The notes: generated by a model not told the origin, from the sequence alone. Positions 24,217-38,262 are shown, numbered from the stretch's first letter. The stretch: 64,000 nt of DNA from Octopus sinensis (GCF_006345805.1 NC_042997.1:209560001-209624000); one strand, 5' to 3'. Translations and numbers: made by a program.

Positions 24217-24580
24217 GGTGTAGGCATGGCTGTGTAGTAAGAAGTTTGCTTCCCAACCACGTGGTTCCGGGTTCAGTCCCACTGTGTGGTACCTTGGGCA
24301 AGTGTCTTCTACTACAGTTTTGGGCCGACCAAAGCCTCGTGAGTGGATTTGGTAGATGGAAACTGAAAGAAGCCTGTCGTATATATATTTGTGTGTCTGT
24401 GTTTGTCCCCGCACCATCGCTTGACAACTAATGCTGGTTTGTTTACATTCCTGTAACTTAGCAGTTCGGCAAAAGAGACTGATAGAATAAGTACTAAGGC
24501 TTACAAAGAATAAGTCCTGGGGTCGATTTGTTTGACTAAAAGTGGTGCTCCAGCATGGCCGCAGTCAAATGACTAAAAGA
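24217..24580 (+). mobile_element. SINE family C, near full length
   Basis: Head, internal TA/TG tract and 3' half all present. Confidence 0.85.
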
Positions 24581-25661
24581 CTGTACACACACACACGTAC
24601 TCGCATTTTGAGTTTTGTTAATAATGAGAAAATGGAAATGTTGTTTAGTCCCTGGTCAGCCCAGAGCCTTTCTAGCCATGACCATCATGTCTTTTCAGAA
24701 ATAGTGTCAAACATAAATGCAGGTATGGCTGTGTGGTTAAGAAGTTCATTTCAGAACCACATGGCTTTGAGTTCATCCCACTACATGGTACCTTGGGCAA
24801 GTATCTTCAATGGCACCCGTGTCAGTGGCTCCAGCATGGCCACCATATAATGGTTGAAACTAGTAAAAGAATTTACGAATACATGAATAGTTAATCTACA
24901 AATACATTTTCCAGTGTAGACATCTTCGTTTCTACTCTTTTAAAGACACTGGCGTGTAATTTGAGAGACTTTGGCTTCTATTTCTAGCATGCAGAGCAAA
25001 AAGGTTAGTCAGCTCAGACAAGTGAGTGTTGCTTTAATAGGTGTAGGCTTTTGGTATGTTTGATAAGAAACAGTCTTTTATTGGTGCTGACAAAGCTAAC
25101 GGTGTCAGGGGTGGGGAGCGTTCAGACATTCTAGATAAGATTACAGCTGCTGACAGCAACCAGTGTTGGACACTTTACTATTTCCATTTCAAACTGCCTA
25201 ACCTCTTCTTCTTCTTCATCATTTTTATGTCTACTTTTCCATGTTGTCATGGGGTCAGGGGGGATTCATTGAGGTAGGTTTTTTTTTTCTTTTTTTGTAT
25301 GACCAGAGGCCGCCCTTTCTGTTACAAACCTTCACCTGGTTCCAAGTAAGGTAATATGTTCCCATGGCCAAAGAATTTAGTAAAATAATTTAGTTATCAT
25401 TAAGCTAGTTTTAGGAATGTAAATTGTGACTAAGGTTTGGTGGAAGATTTTAATTCAGAACTTATGAAAACAAGACATTTCTACTAAAGACCCAGAGGCG
25501 GTTTCAGCCGGGTTTGTAACGTAAGGGTTAATAAAACTGCTAAGGTCTCTAATAACAATATACCTTTCTTATCTTGACGCCAAAGCAGTAATTTTAAGGA
25601 TCAGGGAAGTTGATTACATCACCCCCAGTGCTCCACTGGTACTTATTTTATAAACCTTGTC

Positions 25662-26064
25662 AGGCATAAGAGTGGCTGTGTGGTTAGTAGCTTGTTTCCC
25701 AACCACATGGTTCTGGGTTCAGTCCCACTGCGTGGCACCTTGGGCAAGTGTCTTCTTCTATAGTCTGGGACCAACCAAAACCTTGTGAGTGGATTTGGTA
25801 GACGGAAACTGAAAGAAGCCTTTTGTATATATATATGTGTGTGTGTGTGCATACGTCTATGTTTCCCCCCAAAAAAAACATCGCTTAACAACCGATGCTG
25901 GTGTGTTTATGTTCCCGTAACTTAGCAGTCTGGGAAAAGAGACCGATAGAATAAATACTAGGCGTACAAAGAATAAGTCCTGGAGTCGATTTGCTCGACT
26001 AAAGGTGGTGCTGCAGCATGGCCGCAGTCAAATAGCTGAAACAAGTAAAAGAATAAAAGAATAA
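25662..26064 (+). mobile_element. SINE family C, full length, nested in a SINE M remnant
   Basis: Ends in (aaaagaat)n; SINE M pieces at 25580-25660 and 26070-26110. Confidence 0.85.
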
Positions 26065-27274
26065 AATGTAAAGCAGAGTCAACCTTGACAGAATTTGAAC
26101 TCAGAACGTTATGATCCGCAATGTTAGAAGCCCTTTCATTCGTTTGTCCTCCGCATGTAGCTTGATGAGGTTTCTTTTAATGAGTTTCTGTGTGCATACA
26201 ATCTTTTGACATGTGTCTACCTGTGATATCTTATTACAAGACACATCGTGTCTTGCAATTCTAATTTATTTATTATGGCCATCAAGTGGTCAGACATCAT
26301 TATTCTCCGTTATTGGCTACGTTTATAATTTATTGACTGTGAAGACTAATTAGTAATTAGCAGCTGTAGCGATTACACTACATCCACACTACACTGCATC
26401 CATGCCACGCAGTGTCATGTCACACCATACCCACACCTGTACTGCGTCAATACTTCCCTGCCCCCCCCCCCCCAAAAAAAACCCTCACGCCCGCCACACT
26501 CTACTCAAGCTACGACTAACTCTTCATTGTCACTCGGTCAGTTGTGACGACGAGGGTTCCAATTGATCCAATCAACGGAACAACCTTCTCATGGAATTAA
26601 CAGGCAAGTGGGCTGAGCCCTCCACAGACTCTACGTGCCCTTAATGTAGTCCTCAGCGTGGTTTAACATGGCACAGAATGTGACAAGACTGGCTCCTTTG
26701 AAATACAGGTAGAACTTATTTTTACCTGCTGAGTGGACTGGAGCAGCATGGAATAAAGTGTCTTGCTCAAGGACACAAGGTGTCGCTGGGAATTGAACTC
26801 ACAACCTTACGATCATGAACTGGACATCCTAACCACTGATCCATGCATCATCAAGTACTCAACTCCAACACTATACTATACCCATCCACACTTCACTGCA
26901 CCACCACCACCACCACTCCACACCACCACCCATACACTACACTGGATCTATACTGCTGCACTATAAGCCATACTGCAGCACTACATCAATCTATGATATT
27001 TGTGTGCATGTGTGTTAGATATGGGCAGGCAAGGCTAATGTAGGCCCCTACGACATCACCCCATTCTGGGAAAGAAATATTGAAATAGTTGGTGTGAACC
27101 AGTGAAGAATTTTCTTGAAGAACTAAATTCTTTACTAAAATATTCAGTTTGGGAACTGAAAGCTTTGTGATGAGGACAGAAGTATGGCAATGGAAACCTA
27201 TAAGTTGTTTAACCCGAGGTTAACACTGGTATAGCAGACCTAATTAATGTTAAGGACCATATATATATATATAT

Positions 27275-27776
27275 GAAGACCTGTTGAGTCAAGTGAAATT
27301 GTTACCATGGCTGATGACTGGCATCTGTGCTAGTGGAGCGCTAAGAGCACCATGTGAGAGTGATCATTGTCAGAGCAGCTGACTGGCTTCTGTGCTGGTG
27401 GCATGTAAAAAGCACCATTCAAGTGTGATCGTTACCAGCGTCACCTTACTGGCACTTGTGCCAGTTGCACGGGAGAAAACATTTGAGTGAGGTTGTTGCC
27501 AGTGCCGCTAGACTGGCTCCTGTGCAGGTGGCACGTAAAAAACACCATTTGAATGTGGTCATTGCCAGTACCTCCTGACTGGCCCTCGTGCTGGTGGCAC
27601 GTAAAAGCCCCCACTACACTCTCGGAGTGGTTGGCGTTAGGAAGGGCATCCAGCTGTAGAGACTCTGCCAGATCAGATTGGAGCCTGGTGCAGCCATCTG
27701 GTTCACCAGTCCTCAGTCAAATCGTCCAACCCATGCCAGCATGGAAAGCGGACATTAAACGATGATGATGATGATG
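27275..27776 (+). mobile_element. RTE 3'-UTR-derived element with ~60-bp internal repeats
   Basis: ggtggcacgtaaaa repeats; ggcgttaggaagggcatccagctgtaga; (GAT)n tail. Confidence 0.8.
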
Positions 27777-28034
27777 AATTGAAACAAAGTCAGTGTATTT
27801 CAGTAGAAATATGGAAACATCATCATCATCGTTTAACATCCGCCTTCCATGCTGGCATGGGTTGGACAATTTGACCGAAAACTGGTAAGCTGGTGGGGCT
27901 GCACTGGTTTTCTGTGGCTGGATGCCCTTCCTAATGCCAGCCACTCCAAGGGTGTAGTGGGTGTTTTTTTTTCATGGCATTGGTCATGGCTATGGTCTCA
28001 CTTGGCTTGACAGGTCAACACAAGCACGGTATAT

Positions 28035-28267
28035 CTGTTTCTTTACTACCCACAAGGGGCTAAACACAGAGGGGACAAACAAGGACAGACAAACGGATTA
28101 AGTTGATTTCATCGACTCCAGTGCGTAACTGGTACTTATTTAATCGATCCCGAAAGGATGAAAGGCAAAGTCGACCTCGGCGGAATTTGAACTCAGAACG
28201 TTACGGCAGACAAAATACAGCTACGCATTTTGCCCGGCGTGCTAACGATTCTGTCAGCTCGCCGCCA
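28035..28267 (-). mobile_element. SINE family M, full length
   Basis: Near-identical to 29290-29521. Confidence 0.9.
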
Positions 28268-28773
28268 TATCACCAAGGGCCTTGGTCACCTGTTGCAGCC
28301 TCCATGAAGCCTAATCCTTGAACAAAAGGCTTAAATCATTCACAGAGGGGTTTGGGAACTGAGGTTATTGTTGCTGTTCATGGCACTACCACATTGTTTG
28401 AGAAACTAAAAATAATGTTGGCACAATTTCACCAAAATTTCTAACCCAAATCATGGCAAAAATGCTTGTCTTGTGATTCTCTGACAAAAATGCTTCTGCA
28501 AGACATAGGTACTAAAAATGGTTTGATGGAATCTGTAGCATTCCTGTAGAACACACAACAAGCTGATGCTTTGTTCTGAGAATTCTAAAGTAATTCTCTA
28601 CCATTATTATTTTTTTCCAATTCTGCTAGTGTTTATAGAATCGGGATTGTTGGCTGATTCAATAATTCTGATAGACAATAGAGAGAAAGAGAGAGAAAAG
28701 AAAGAGATATAGGTCAACTGAATAAAGGTTTGTCTAATAAAGAACTACAATTATTAACTTAGTATTACAATGG

Positions 28774-28808
<35 letters not shown>

Positions 28809-29289
28809 ACTAAAATTATCTCTGCATTTGTGTGTGTGTGTGTGTGCATAAAACTGAAATTATAGCTTTGCAGTAAATGTATATATATCAATGTGTGTGC
28901 ATAACTAGAATCGTTAATATAGTTTTTTTTTTACTAGTAAATATGTGTGTGTGTGTGTGTGTGTGTGTCTATCTGTCAGTTTAACTAAAATTATTAACGT
29001 GGTTTCATAGTGAATATAAGATATGTGTGTGCTTGTGTGTTTGCATAACTTACAGTATGAATATATGTCTATTTTCATATCTGTGTGTATGTGTCTATAA
29101 CTACGCTCGTCTTTTTTATACCAGTATGTAATTGCATCTGTGTGTGTGTGTGTAACTAGTTATTAAATTAGTTTTGTAGCGAATGTGTGTGTCTGAGTTT
29201 GTGTTTATGCTGACTATTTGTGTGTGTGTGTGTGTGTCTGGCTCTGTGTGTGTATGCCTGACTGTATATGTGTGTACCTGTCTATATAT

Positions 29290-29521
29290 ATTTCTTTACT
29301 ACCCACAAGGGGCTAAACACAGAGGGGACAAACAAGGACAGACAAAGGGATTAAGTCGATTACATCGACCCCAGTGCGTAACTGGTACTTAATTTATCGA
29401 CCCCGAAAGGATGAAAGGCAAAGTTGACCTCGGCGGAATTTGAACTCAGAATGTAACTGCAGACGAAATACCGCTAAGCATTTCGCCCGGCGTGCTAACG
29501 TTTCTGCCAGCTCGCCGCCTT
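29290..29521 (-). mobile_element. SINE family M, full length, young
   Basis: TSD cctgtctatatat on both sides; CpGs largely intact. Confidence 0.9.
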
Positions 29522-29752
29522 AACCCTGTCTATATATGTGTGTTGCTGTCTTTCTGTCTGCTGAAGTGTCTGTATCCATGCGTTTCTATGCCTCTATGCT
29601 TGTCTTGGTGTGTGTGTGTGTTTATACAACACACTCAGCTCTTATAATATGGCAACTGCATCCACTGTTGGATATGGTTTTATAGCTACAAACGCATGCA
29701 CATACCCATGCACTTACACACATACACTCACAGTAAACATATGCTAGCACTG

Positions 29753-30132
29753 TGGAGGCGCAATGGCCCAGTGGTTAGGGCAGCGGAGTCGCGGTCATAG
29801 GATTGCGGTTTCGATTCCCAGACCGGGCGTTTTGAGTGTTTATTGAGCGAAAACACCTAAAGCTCCACGAGGCTCCGGCGGGGGATGGTGGTGATCCCTG
29901 CTGTACTCTTTCACCACAACTTTCTCTCACTCTTACTTCCTGTTTCTGTTGTACCTGTATTTTTCAAAGGGCCGGCCTTGTCACTCTCTGTGTCACGCTG
30001 AATATCCCCGAGAACTACGCTAAGGGTGCACGTGTCTGTGGAGTGCTCAGCCACTTACACGTTAATTTCACGAGCAGGCTGTTCCGTTGATCGGATCAAC
30101 CGGAACCCTCGTCGTCGTAACCGACGCAGTGC
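29753..30132 (+). mobile_element. tRNA-derived SINE family R, full length
   Basis: A-box TGGCCCAGTGG, B-box GTTTCGATTCCC; degenerate copies at ~10065-10190 and ~26530-26850 (-). Confidence 0.85.
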
Positions 30133-30280
30133 TTCTAAAAAAAAGGGTTAATATCCAATATTCATGCTGGTGCCATGTAGGAAGCACCTGTTCTGGCTCG
30201 ACACCATAATTAGCCGTGCCAGCACCACATGAAAGGGAACCTGTACCAGTACCATGAAAAAATCACTTGGCATCACATCC

Positions 30281-30461
30281 AAAGTTCCTGGCTTTAAAGG
30301 TATAGCGAAAGGCCTGGCTGAAGCCCGACCTTCCAAGTTCCTTTACAGGGCTTAGAGAAACTGAAGGACCACTGCAATAAGTGTGTGAATCTGAGAGGGG
30401 AATATGTTGAATATGTATTTTCTTTTACCCAAAGCCAGGACCTTTTCAGCACCCCCTTGTA
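30281..30461 (+). mobile_element. mariner-derived MITE remnant
   Basis: Encodes GLEKLKDHCNKCVNLRGEYVE (mariner C-terminus pattern G..KL...W.KC...GEYVE); inverted ends aaagttcctggcttt/aaagccaggacctttt; terminal TA. Confidence 0.7.
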
Positions 30462-30549
30462 AAAGGCTTCCAAAGCTGTGTGTGTAGTGTTTTAGCCCCA
30501 TGCTAGATTCTGACTGATTTGAGGGTCATGTAATACTATTCTCACAATT

Positions 30550-31155
30550 CTCATCTACCTTTGAGCTGTGAGTGATGGGAGCAACGAGAGGCTGAGTTGG
30601 ATGCTGGAATTACAGGTCTTGCCACAGTAATGCTTCAGCATCCGAGTCTCACAAAAAAATAAAAAAACCAAAAAAAAACCCAGTCAAACTCGTTATCTTC
30701 AGTTTGGATTTCATACCTGTTCTTACCTGTGGTCATGAATGTTGGGTAATGACCAAAAGAATGTGATTGTGAATACAAACGACTGAAGGATCTTTAGGGT
30801 AATGTTACTTGACAGAGTGCACAGCTCAGAGATCAGGGTGTCTCTCTCTTGGTCAGAGAGACACCCTGAGAGACCTCTCTGCATTGAGAGGTCACAGCTT
30901 CAGTATTATGGACAAGCGATTAGAACGTCACAGAGAAGAGTCACAAGATATATTCTTCAAGTTGTACTAACTGGCAGGAGACCTAAGGGGAGACTAAGGA
31001 TGGTTTGGTTGGATAATATCCTTAATTTCAGTTGGTTATGTTTGAGTTTTGCTTCTGATAGGACTTTACAGAGGAAGTGCCTGGTCCTCAGGCTCTACCC
31101 TGGGAGTCCTCTCAGGAATAGTGGACCAAGAAAATGGACGGAAGGATGGATGAAT
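30550..31155 (+). mobile_element. Decayed RTE LINE 3' end (Rex3/Expander-like)
   Basis: Remnant motifs LTCGHECWVMT, LDRVHSSEIR, IERSQLQYYG, TGRRPKGR; (GGAT)n-like tail. Confidence 0.75.
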
Positions 31156-32104
31156 TAAAGGAGTTTTGATCAGGAAACTTCCAGTCTTTTTTTTTTTTTT
31201 CAGCCATTATATACCTGACTGCTGCGTTATCCAAAGTCTTTTTGAAGACATCCAAACTATAGATAAGTAAAAGGAAATTTTGGCTGCTATTTCTGGCAAG
31301 TTGACCGCCCACATAGAGAAGTCCCTTGTTGGTTTGTTGGTCAGGATGGTTTTTGTTTATACTGCTGGGTAGTCCTTCCTCTCCCCCCATGCCAACTGAC
31401 CTATGATATAAATGTCTTGATTGTCCAGTATAGGTGAGTGGTCACTCATTGTGTGTGGTGGTCCACACAAGACACAGTGCCTTGTGGTATTTAATTTGAT
31501 CCCTTTACAGTTTTGAATCCCTCATCAAGATCAAGTTTTGCTTTTATACCGAGGCTTTTGATAAAGTCCCAGTCATATACTGGGGTTGGTTATATCAAAT
31601 AGCCACACCACCACCACCACCACCACCAACACCAACCTTTTTCTAAAATGTATAGATTTTGTTTAACTTAGAAATCAATATTTTGGTAACATTTTTTTCC
31701 CATTTGCCTCTGGTCGTCATCTGCATTAATAGTGTGTGTTACTGTGTGTGTGTGTGTGTGTGTGTGTAAATGTGTGTGTGTGTGTGTAAATGTGCATGTG
31801 TGTGTCTCTGTATGTATGCGTGTATTTACTGGGGATGCGAACAGGAAAATGAGAACTCTAAGCAGGAGGTTATATCTTTTATACTTTTATTTGTTTATTG
31901 ATATTTAGCAGAAGCAACAGAGTGACTCGGGGGCTGAGAGTTTCGTGCAGTAGCACTCACCAAATCAAACTAGTTACTCATCATGAAGTTATAAATTTAT
32001 TTATTGGTGATAATTGTATTTCCTTGGATAGTTCTGGAACAAATTATAAAATTGGTTACAATGTCATATGGATAATTCATATTTTTGATATATATGTATA
32101 TAAT

Positions 32105-32430
32105 ACTTCCCAACCACATGGTTCCAGGTTCAGTCCCACTGCGTGGCACTTTGGGCAAGAGTCTTCTTTTATAACCTCGGGCTGACCAAAGCCTTGTGGA
32201 TGGATTTAGTAGACGGAAACTGAAAAAAGCCATTCTTATATACATATATATATGTATGTATATATAGGCACAGGAGTGGCTGTGTGGTAAGTAGCTTGTT
32301 TACCAACCACATGCTTACTGGTTCAGTCCCACTGTGTGGCACCTTGGGCAAGTGTCTTCTACTATAGCCTCGGGCCGACCAAAGCCTTGTGAGTGGATTT
32401 GGTAGACGGAACTGAAAGAAGCCCGTCGTA

Positions 32431-32492
<62 letters not shown>

Positions 32493-32855
32493 GTGTGTGT
32501 TTGTGTGTCTGTGTTTGTCCCCCTAGCATTGACAACTGATGCTGGTGTGTTTATGTCCCCGTTACTTAGCGGTTCGGCAAAAGAGACCGATAGAATAAGT
32601 ACTGGGCTTACAAAAGAATAAGTCCCGGGGTCGAGTTGCTCGATTAAAGGCAGTGCTCCAGCATGGCCGCAGTCAAATGACTGAAACAAGTAAAAGAGAT
32701 ATGTTTGTGCATCTGCGTTTATGTCCCTGTAACTTAGTAGTTCGACAGAAGAAACCAATAGAGTAAGTACTAGGTTTACAAATATTAAGTCCTAGGGTCG
32801 ATTTGTTTGACTAAAGGCAGTGCCCCAGCATGGCCACAGTCAAATGACTAAAAGA
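32105..32855 (+). mobile_element. SINE family C cluster (partial head, full copy 32266-32700, extra 3' half)
   Basis: Direct similarity to other copies. Confidence 0.85.
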
Positions 32856-33146
32856 ATATATACACCACCATGTTACATGATTATATGATTCTGCGTATGC
32901 ACATGTATAAAACTGTATAACAGTTTGTGTGTGTGTGTGTATATGATTCTGCATGAATGTGTATGTATGTGTGTAAGGGTGTGCACGTGTAAATGCTCTC
33001 ATGTGCATGCCTGGTATGCATTTGATATTAATGATTTTTAATTAGTGCCGTTCAATGATTTGATATTCTGTCCCTTATCGGGTTTATCTCATGACAGATG
33101 AGATTTCATGTGTGATATTTCCATTCATTACACAAAGATGCGTGCA

Positions 33147-33185
<39 letters not shown>

Positions 33186-33489
33186 GGGTGGTGGTGGTGG
33201 TAGGGACGTATATAACCATTTCCCATTTAAAAAGCTAAATATTAAAGAAACCTAATCACCAGCATTAAATATTTTTAATCTTCTGCTCGTTAGATCCCTC
33301 GGCTAGGGATTAACATGATGTGATGAGTGCGGGTGTGTGTGTGTGTGTACTGTCTTGTGTGCATGGAGTTACTGAATCAATACTCAGGTTTATCCTTTCC
33401 GTGATGTATTTAAATTAAAATCTTGATGGAAATCTCATAAAATGTATGTGGTGAGATTTCAAAAGTGTCGTTAAAATATATTGATTTTA

Positions 33490-33869
33490 TATATATATAT
33501 ATATATATATGCATACATATATATACACATGCATATATATATATGCATACATATATATACACATGCATATATATATATATATATATATATATGCATACTA
33601 TATATATATATACATATAATATATATATATATATGCATACATATATATACACATACATATATATATATGCATACATATATATATATATATACACATACAT
33701 ATATATGCATACTATATATATATTATATATATATAATATATATATATATACATACATATATATGCATACACATATATATATACATATATATATGCATATG
33801 TATATACATATATATGCATACATATATATACATATATATATATATACATACATATATATGCATGCATAC

Positions 33870-33944
<75 letters not shown>

Positions 33945-33945
33945 T

Positions 33946-33988
<43 letters not shown>

Positions 33989-34035
33989 ATATATATACAC
34001 ACATATATATGCACATATATATACCTATGTATATG
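33490..34035. repeat. (TA)n/(TACA)n microsatellite
   Basis: Direct inspection. Confidence 0.95.
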
Positions 34036-34345
34036 TGCTGACAAATATTTTAGTGAACATCTCCAGTATCTTGATTGTAATGGAAAGTAATTGAAACCCT
34101 CCCAGGCTAGAGATATCTCCAATATCACATAAAACTGCACCAGCCCTACATAACCACCACACAACACTGCACAGTACTGCTGCAACGCCACTCCGACTCT
34201 GCACAATGCTACCTCAATACAGCGCAACTACAATGTACCATAGAACGCTGCTACGACACCTCCAGAACACTACTACGACACTACACAAGTACAACGCCAC
34301 CTGAATCACTGCTACCCTATCTTATCGGCTCCTTGGAAAACTAGT

Positions 34346-34685
34346 CATCATCATCATCTAACGTCCGCTTTCCATGCTAGCATGAGTTGGACGGTTTGAC
34401 CAGGGTCTGGGAAGTCATGGAGGCTGCACCAGTCTCCAGTCTGATTTGGCAGTGTTTCCATAGCTGGATGCCCTTCCTAACGCCAACAACTCCGTGAGTG
34501 TAGTGGGTGTTTTTTTACGTGCCACCGGCACAGGTGCCAGAGCAGGCTGGCAAATGGTCACGATCGGTTGGTGCTTTTACGTGTCACCGACACGGACACC
34601 AGTCAGGCGGTGCTGGCATCTGCCACGTTCGGATGGTGCTTTTTACGTGTCACCGGTATGGGTGTCTTAACTACAATTTCCATTT
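34346..34685 (-). mobile_element. RTE 3' UTR fragment
   Basis: Matches 13440-13800. Confidence 0.8.
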
Positions 34686-35342
34686 AAATTTTTATTGTGA
34701 AGGTTTAATACGAAAACCTTAAACTTAATGCCATCATCTGATCTTGGGGTGACTTTAGCAGGGTCCATTCTCTTGCAATAATCCTGGTTAGGTATTTAGT
34801 CTTAAGGTAACTTCTTCCCTTCTTATTATTCTTGCAATTTCTGGAAAAGGGTTCCACCTTGAATTAACTTTTAATATTTATTGTCATCATCATTATTATT
34901 TAATGTCAGTTTTTTCATGCTGCTAAACCAGAGGGTTGCACCAGGCTCCAATAGGCTGTTTTGGCAAGGTTTCTACAGCTGGATGCGCTTCCTAATGCCA
35001 ACCACTTTATAGAATGCATTAGGTGATTTTTACATGGTACCATCACAGGTGCTTTTTATTTGCCACTATGTATATATGTATATATATATATAAATTTCTA
35101 GCCACTTTGAAAATTATTTTAAAATCATTTTTAAGGTGGTGAGATGATTTAGCATCTTCTTTCAGCATATAGGCTAGAAATATTTTCTATGCCTTTAATT
35201 ATAATAATATATATATGGTTTCACCTTAATCGGTCTATTTTTTTATATGCCGGTTGCTGACAAAATTTAAAAACAAATCTTATCCTTTATTATTATTACT
35301 ATTATTATTATTATTATTATTATACATATATATATATATACA

Positions 35343-35732
35343 TATATCACAGATAAGAAAATGGAGGGGAACAATAGGTGGTTCATCAACTTTTGGACAT
35401 TAAAATGTTAACTTATTTATTTATTAAACTGATAATTATAATAATATACATACATATCGTATAATTTTCTTTACATATAAGATATAAAATATAGTAACAT
35501 ATAAGGATACCAGTAATTATTATAAAAAAACATTAATATAAATTGGTATTTATAATAATTACTGGTATCCTTATATGTTACTATATTTTATATCTTATAT
35601 GTAAAGAAAATTATACGATATGTATGTATATTATTATAATTATCAGTTTAATAAATAAATAAGTTAACATTTTAATATCCAAAAGTTGATGAACCACCTA
35701 TTGTTCCCCTCCATTTTCTTATTTGCGATATA
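35343..35732. repeat. Near-perfect palindrome (~183-bp arms, ~22-bp spacer)
   Basis: 35343-35526 is the reverse complement of 35549-35732 with few mismatches. Confidence 0.9.
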
Positions 35733-35939
35733 AATTAATGGTAAAACATCTCTTTACCTTCACCCATTTAGTACACTTGATAATGTAATTGCAATGCAAT
35801 AAAAAACACTTGTGTATTAATAATAGGATATTCTACCAGCAGTATATTGGATAGATATTATCTCTTAATGGGTTGAGTTCACAACCCCTAACTTTCTTGC
35901 AGTTATATATATATATATATATATAAAGCGCAGACATGG

Positions 35940-36560
35940 TTGTCATCATTGTCGTTGTTTAATGTCCGCTTTCCATGCTGGCATTGGTTGGACGGTTTGA
36001 TTGGAGGCTGGCAAGCCAGGAGGCTGCACCAAGCTCCGAATTTGATTTGGCAGTGTTTCCACAGCTGGATGACCTTCCTAATGCCAACCACTCCGAGAGT
36101 GTAGTGGGTGCTTTTTACGTGTCACTGGTACAAGGGCCAGTCAGGCGGTACTGGCATCAACCACGTTTGAATGGTGCTTTTTACATGTCACTGGCACAGG
36201 AGCCAGTCAGGTGGCACTAGCAATGACTACTCTCGAATGGTGATTTTTACATGCCGTTGGCACAGGTGCCAATAAGGTGGTACTGTTATCGGCCACGACA
36301 ATGATTTCACTTGCCTCAACAGGTCTTCACAAGCATAGTTTATTGCCCAATGATTGAAGGGTTATCTTAAATGGGCTGGTTATGTTGCACTGGCATAGGC
36401 CACAGTTACGGTCTCACTTGGCTTGTTGGGTCTTCTCAAGCACAACATATTTCCAAAGGTCTCGGTCACTAGTCATTGCCTCAGTGAGGCCCAATGTTTG
36501 AAGGTCATGCTTCACCACCTCATCCCAGGTCTTCCTGGGTCGACCTCTTCCACAGGTTCC
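35940..36560 (-). mobile_element. RTE 3' fragment (ORF end plus 3' UTR)
   Basis: 36420-36560 matches 14040-14190 (GRGRPRKTWDEVVKHDL). Confidence 0.85.
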
Positions 36561-37409
36561 CTGTGGTTAAGAAGGTGCCTCCCAACTCCATGGCTTCAGG
36601 CTCAGTCCTACTTCATGGCACTTTGGGCAAATATCTTCTCCTATAAACCTGGGTCTACCAAAACTTTGTGAGCAGATTTGATAGATGGAAACTGAAAGAA
36701 GCATATATCATCATCATCACATTTGTCTTCAATGTGTAATTGTTGTAAATGAATGTCCTTCATTTCTGATATTCTGCTTAAAAATTGTCTGTCCATGGGG
36801 GAAATATTACTTAGCTTAGAAACAAGTAATGGTTAGTGACAGGAAGTGCATCCCGCCGTAGAAAATTTGCCTTAATAAACTCCATCCATCCTACACAAGC
36901 ATGGAAAAGTGGATGTCGAAGTGATGATGATATACATAAGAAGAAAATAATTACCAAGAGTTGTTGAAATAAAGGGTTAAATTGTTTTATTTACCAAAAC
37001 ATTCAGCCCTACCCCCACTTTTTTTTTTACCTACAGTGCTGTAGGTATAATTAAAAATATAGATTAAAACTAATTATGTATTTCTTGTGTTATCTGATTG
37101 TTTGGATTATCATTAATTCTGCAAAAAAATGTTCTATGAATATTCCAGAGAATTAACCCTCAAGGTCTTAACGAGTGTCTCATTAATGTGATGTGTCCCA
37201 ATTAATTGTGAAGCAAGTAATCTTTTCATAAATACTAGAAATGTTTTGTCAAACGTTTGAATTAATCAATGCTCATTAAGTGGCCTAAATCGATCAAGAA
37301 ATGGAGGAGGGTGGATATTTGGAAAATAATAATTTTCAAATCCTAAGAATTGACTTGGTTTGTGTATTCTGTAAATAATTGCGACTGATTTCATTTCTCG
37401 TATAAGTAC

Positions 37410-37572
37410 AGGTGTGGCTGTGTGGTTAAGAAACTTACTTCCCAACCACATGGTCATGGGTTCAGCACCACTATGGGGCACCTCAGACAAATGTCTTCTT
37501 CTATAACCCTGGACTGACCAAAGTCTTGTGAGTGGCTTTGGTAGATGGAAACTGAAAGACATCTATCATATA

Positions 37573-37614
<42 letters not shown>

Positions 37615-38010
37615 AAAGTGGCTGTGTGGTAAGTAGCTTGCTTACCAACCACATGGTTCTGGGTTCATTCCCACTGCATGGCACCTTGGGCAAGTGTCTT
37701 CTACTATTGTCTCAGGCTGACCAAAGCCTTGTGAGTGGATTTGGTGGACGGAAACTGAAAGAAGCCCTTCACATGTATATATATGTGTGTGTTTGTGTGT
37801 TTGTATTTGTCTCCCCCCCCCCAACATCACTTGATATTTGATGCTGGTGTGTTTATGTCTCCATGACTTTGTGGTTCGACAAACAGTGACCGATAGAATA
37901 TGTACTAGGTTTACAAAGAATAAGTCCTGGGTCGATTTGCTCAACTGAAAGGTGGTGCTCAAGCATGGCCACAATCAAATGACTGAAACAAGTAAAAGAA
38001 TAAAAGAATA
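37410..38010 (+). mobile_element. Two SINE family C copies
   Basis: Head at 37410-37565 and a full copy at 37615-38010. Confidence 0.8.
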
Positions 38011-38022
38011 TATATATATATT

Positions 38023-38262
38023 TGTTGTGTCTGGGGAAGAGTCATTCTCTTTTAGCTCCTTATTATTTAACACACTCACTGGTAAAGTTTCCACTCATTT
38101 ATTTATTTATGGGAAAACAAATAAGTAATCAGTGGAAACTTTACCAGTGAGTGTGTTAAATTATAAGGGCTAAAAGAGAATGACTCTCCCCAGACACAAC
38201 AGAATATGCTTCAACACACAAACTCACATAAAGAATCTTGCAAACCAAATCTCCAAACCAAG
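38023..38262. mobile_element. Fold-back repeat (~72-bp inverted arms plus tail), same family as 63220-63470
   Basis: Arms 38023-38095 and 38131-38201; the tail aatatgcttcaacacac...gcaaaccaaat is shared with 63410-63460. Confidence 0.7.

Noticed and set aside
33421-33475. Hairpin gaaatctca/tgagatttc flanked by TTGATG and AAAA
   Set aside because: Resembles a dead hammerhead, but several core positions mismatch
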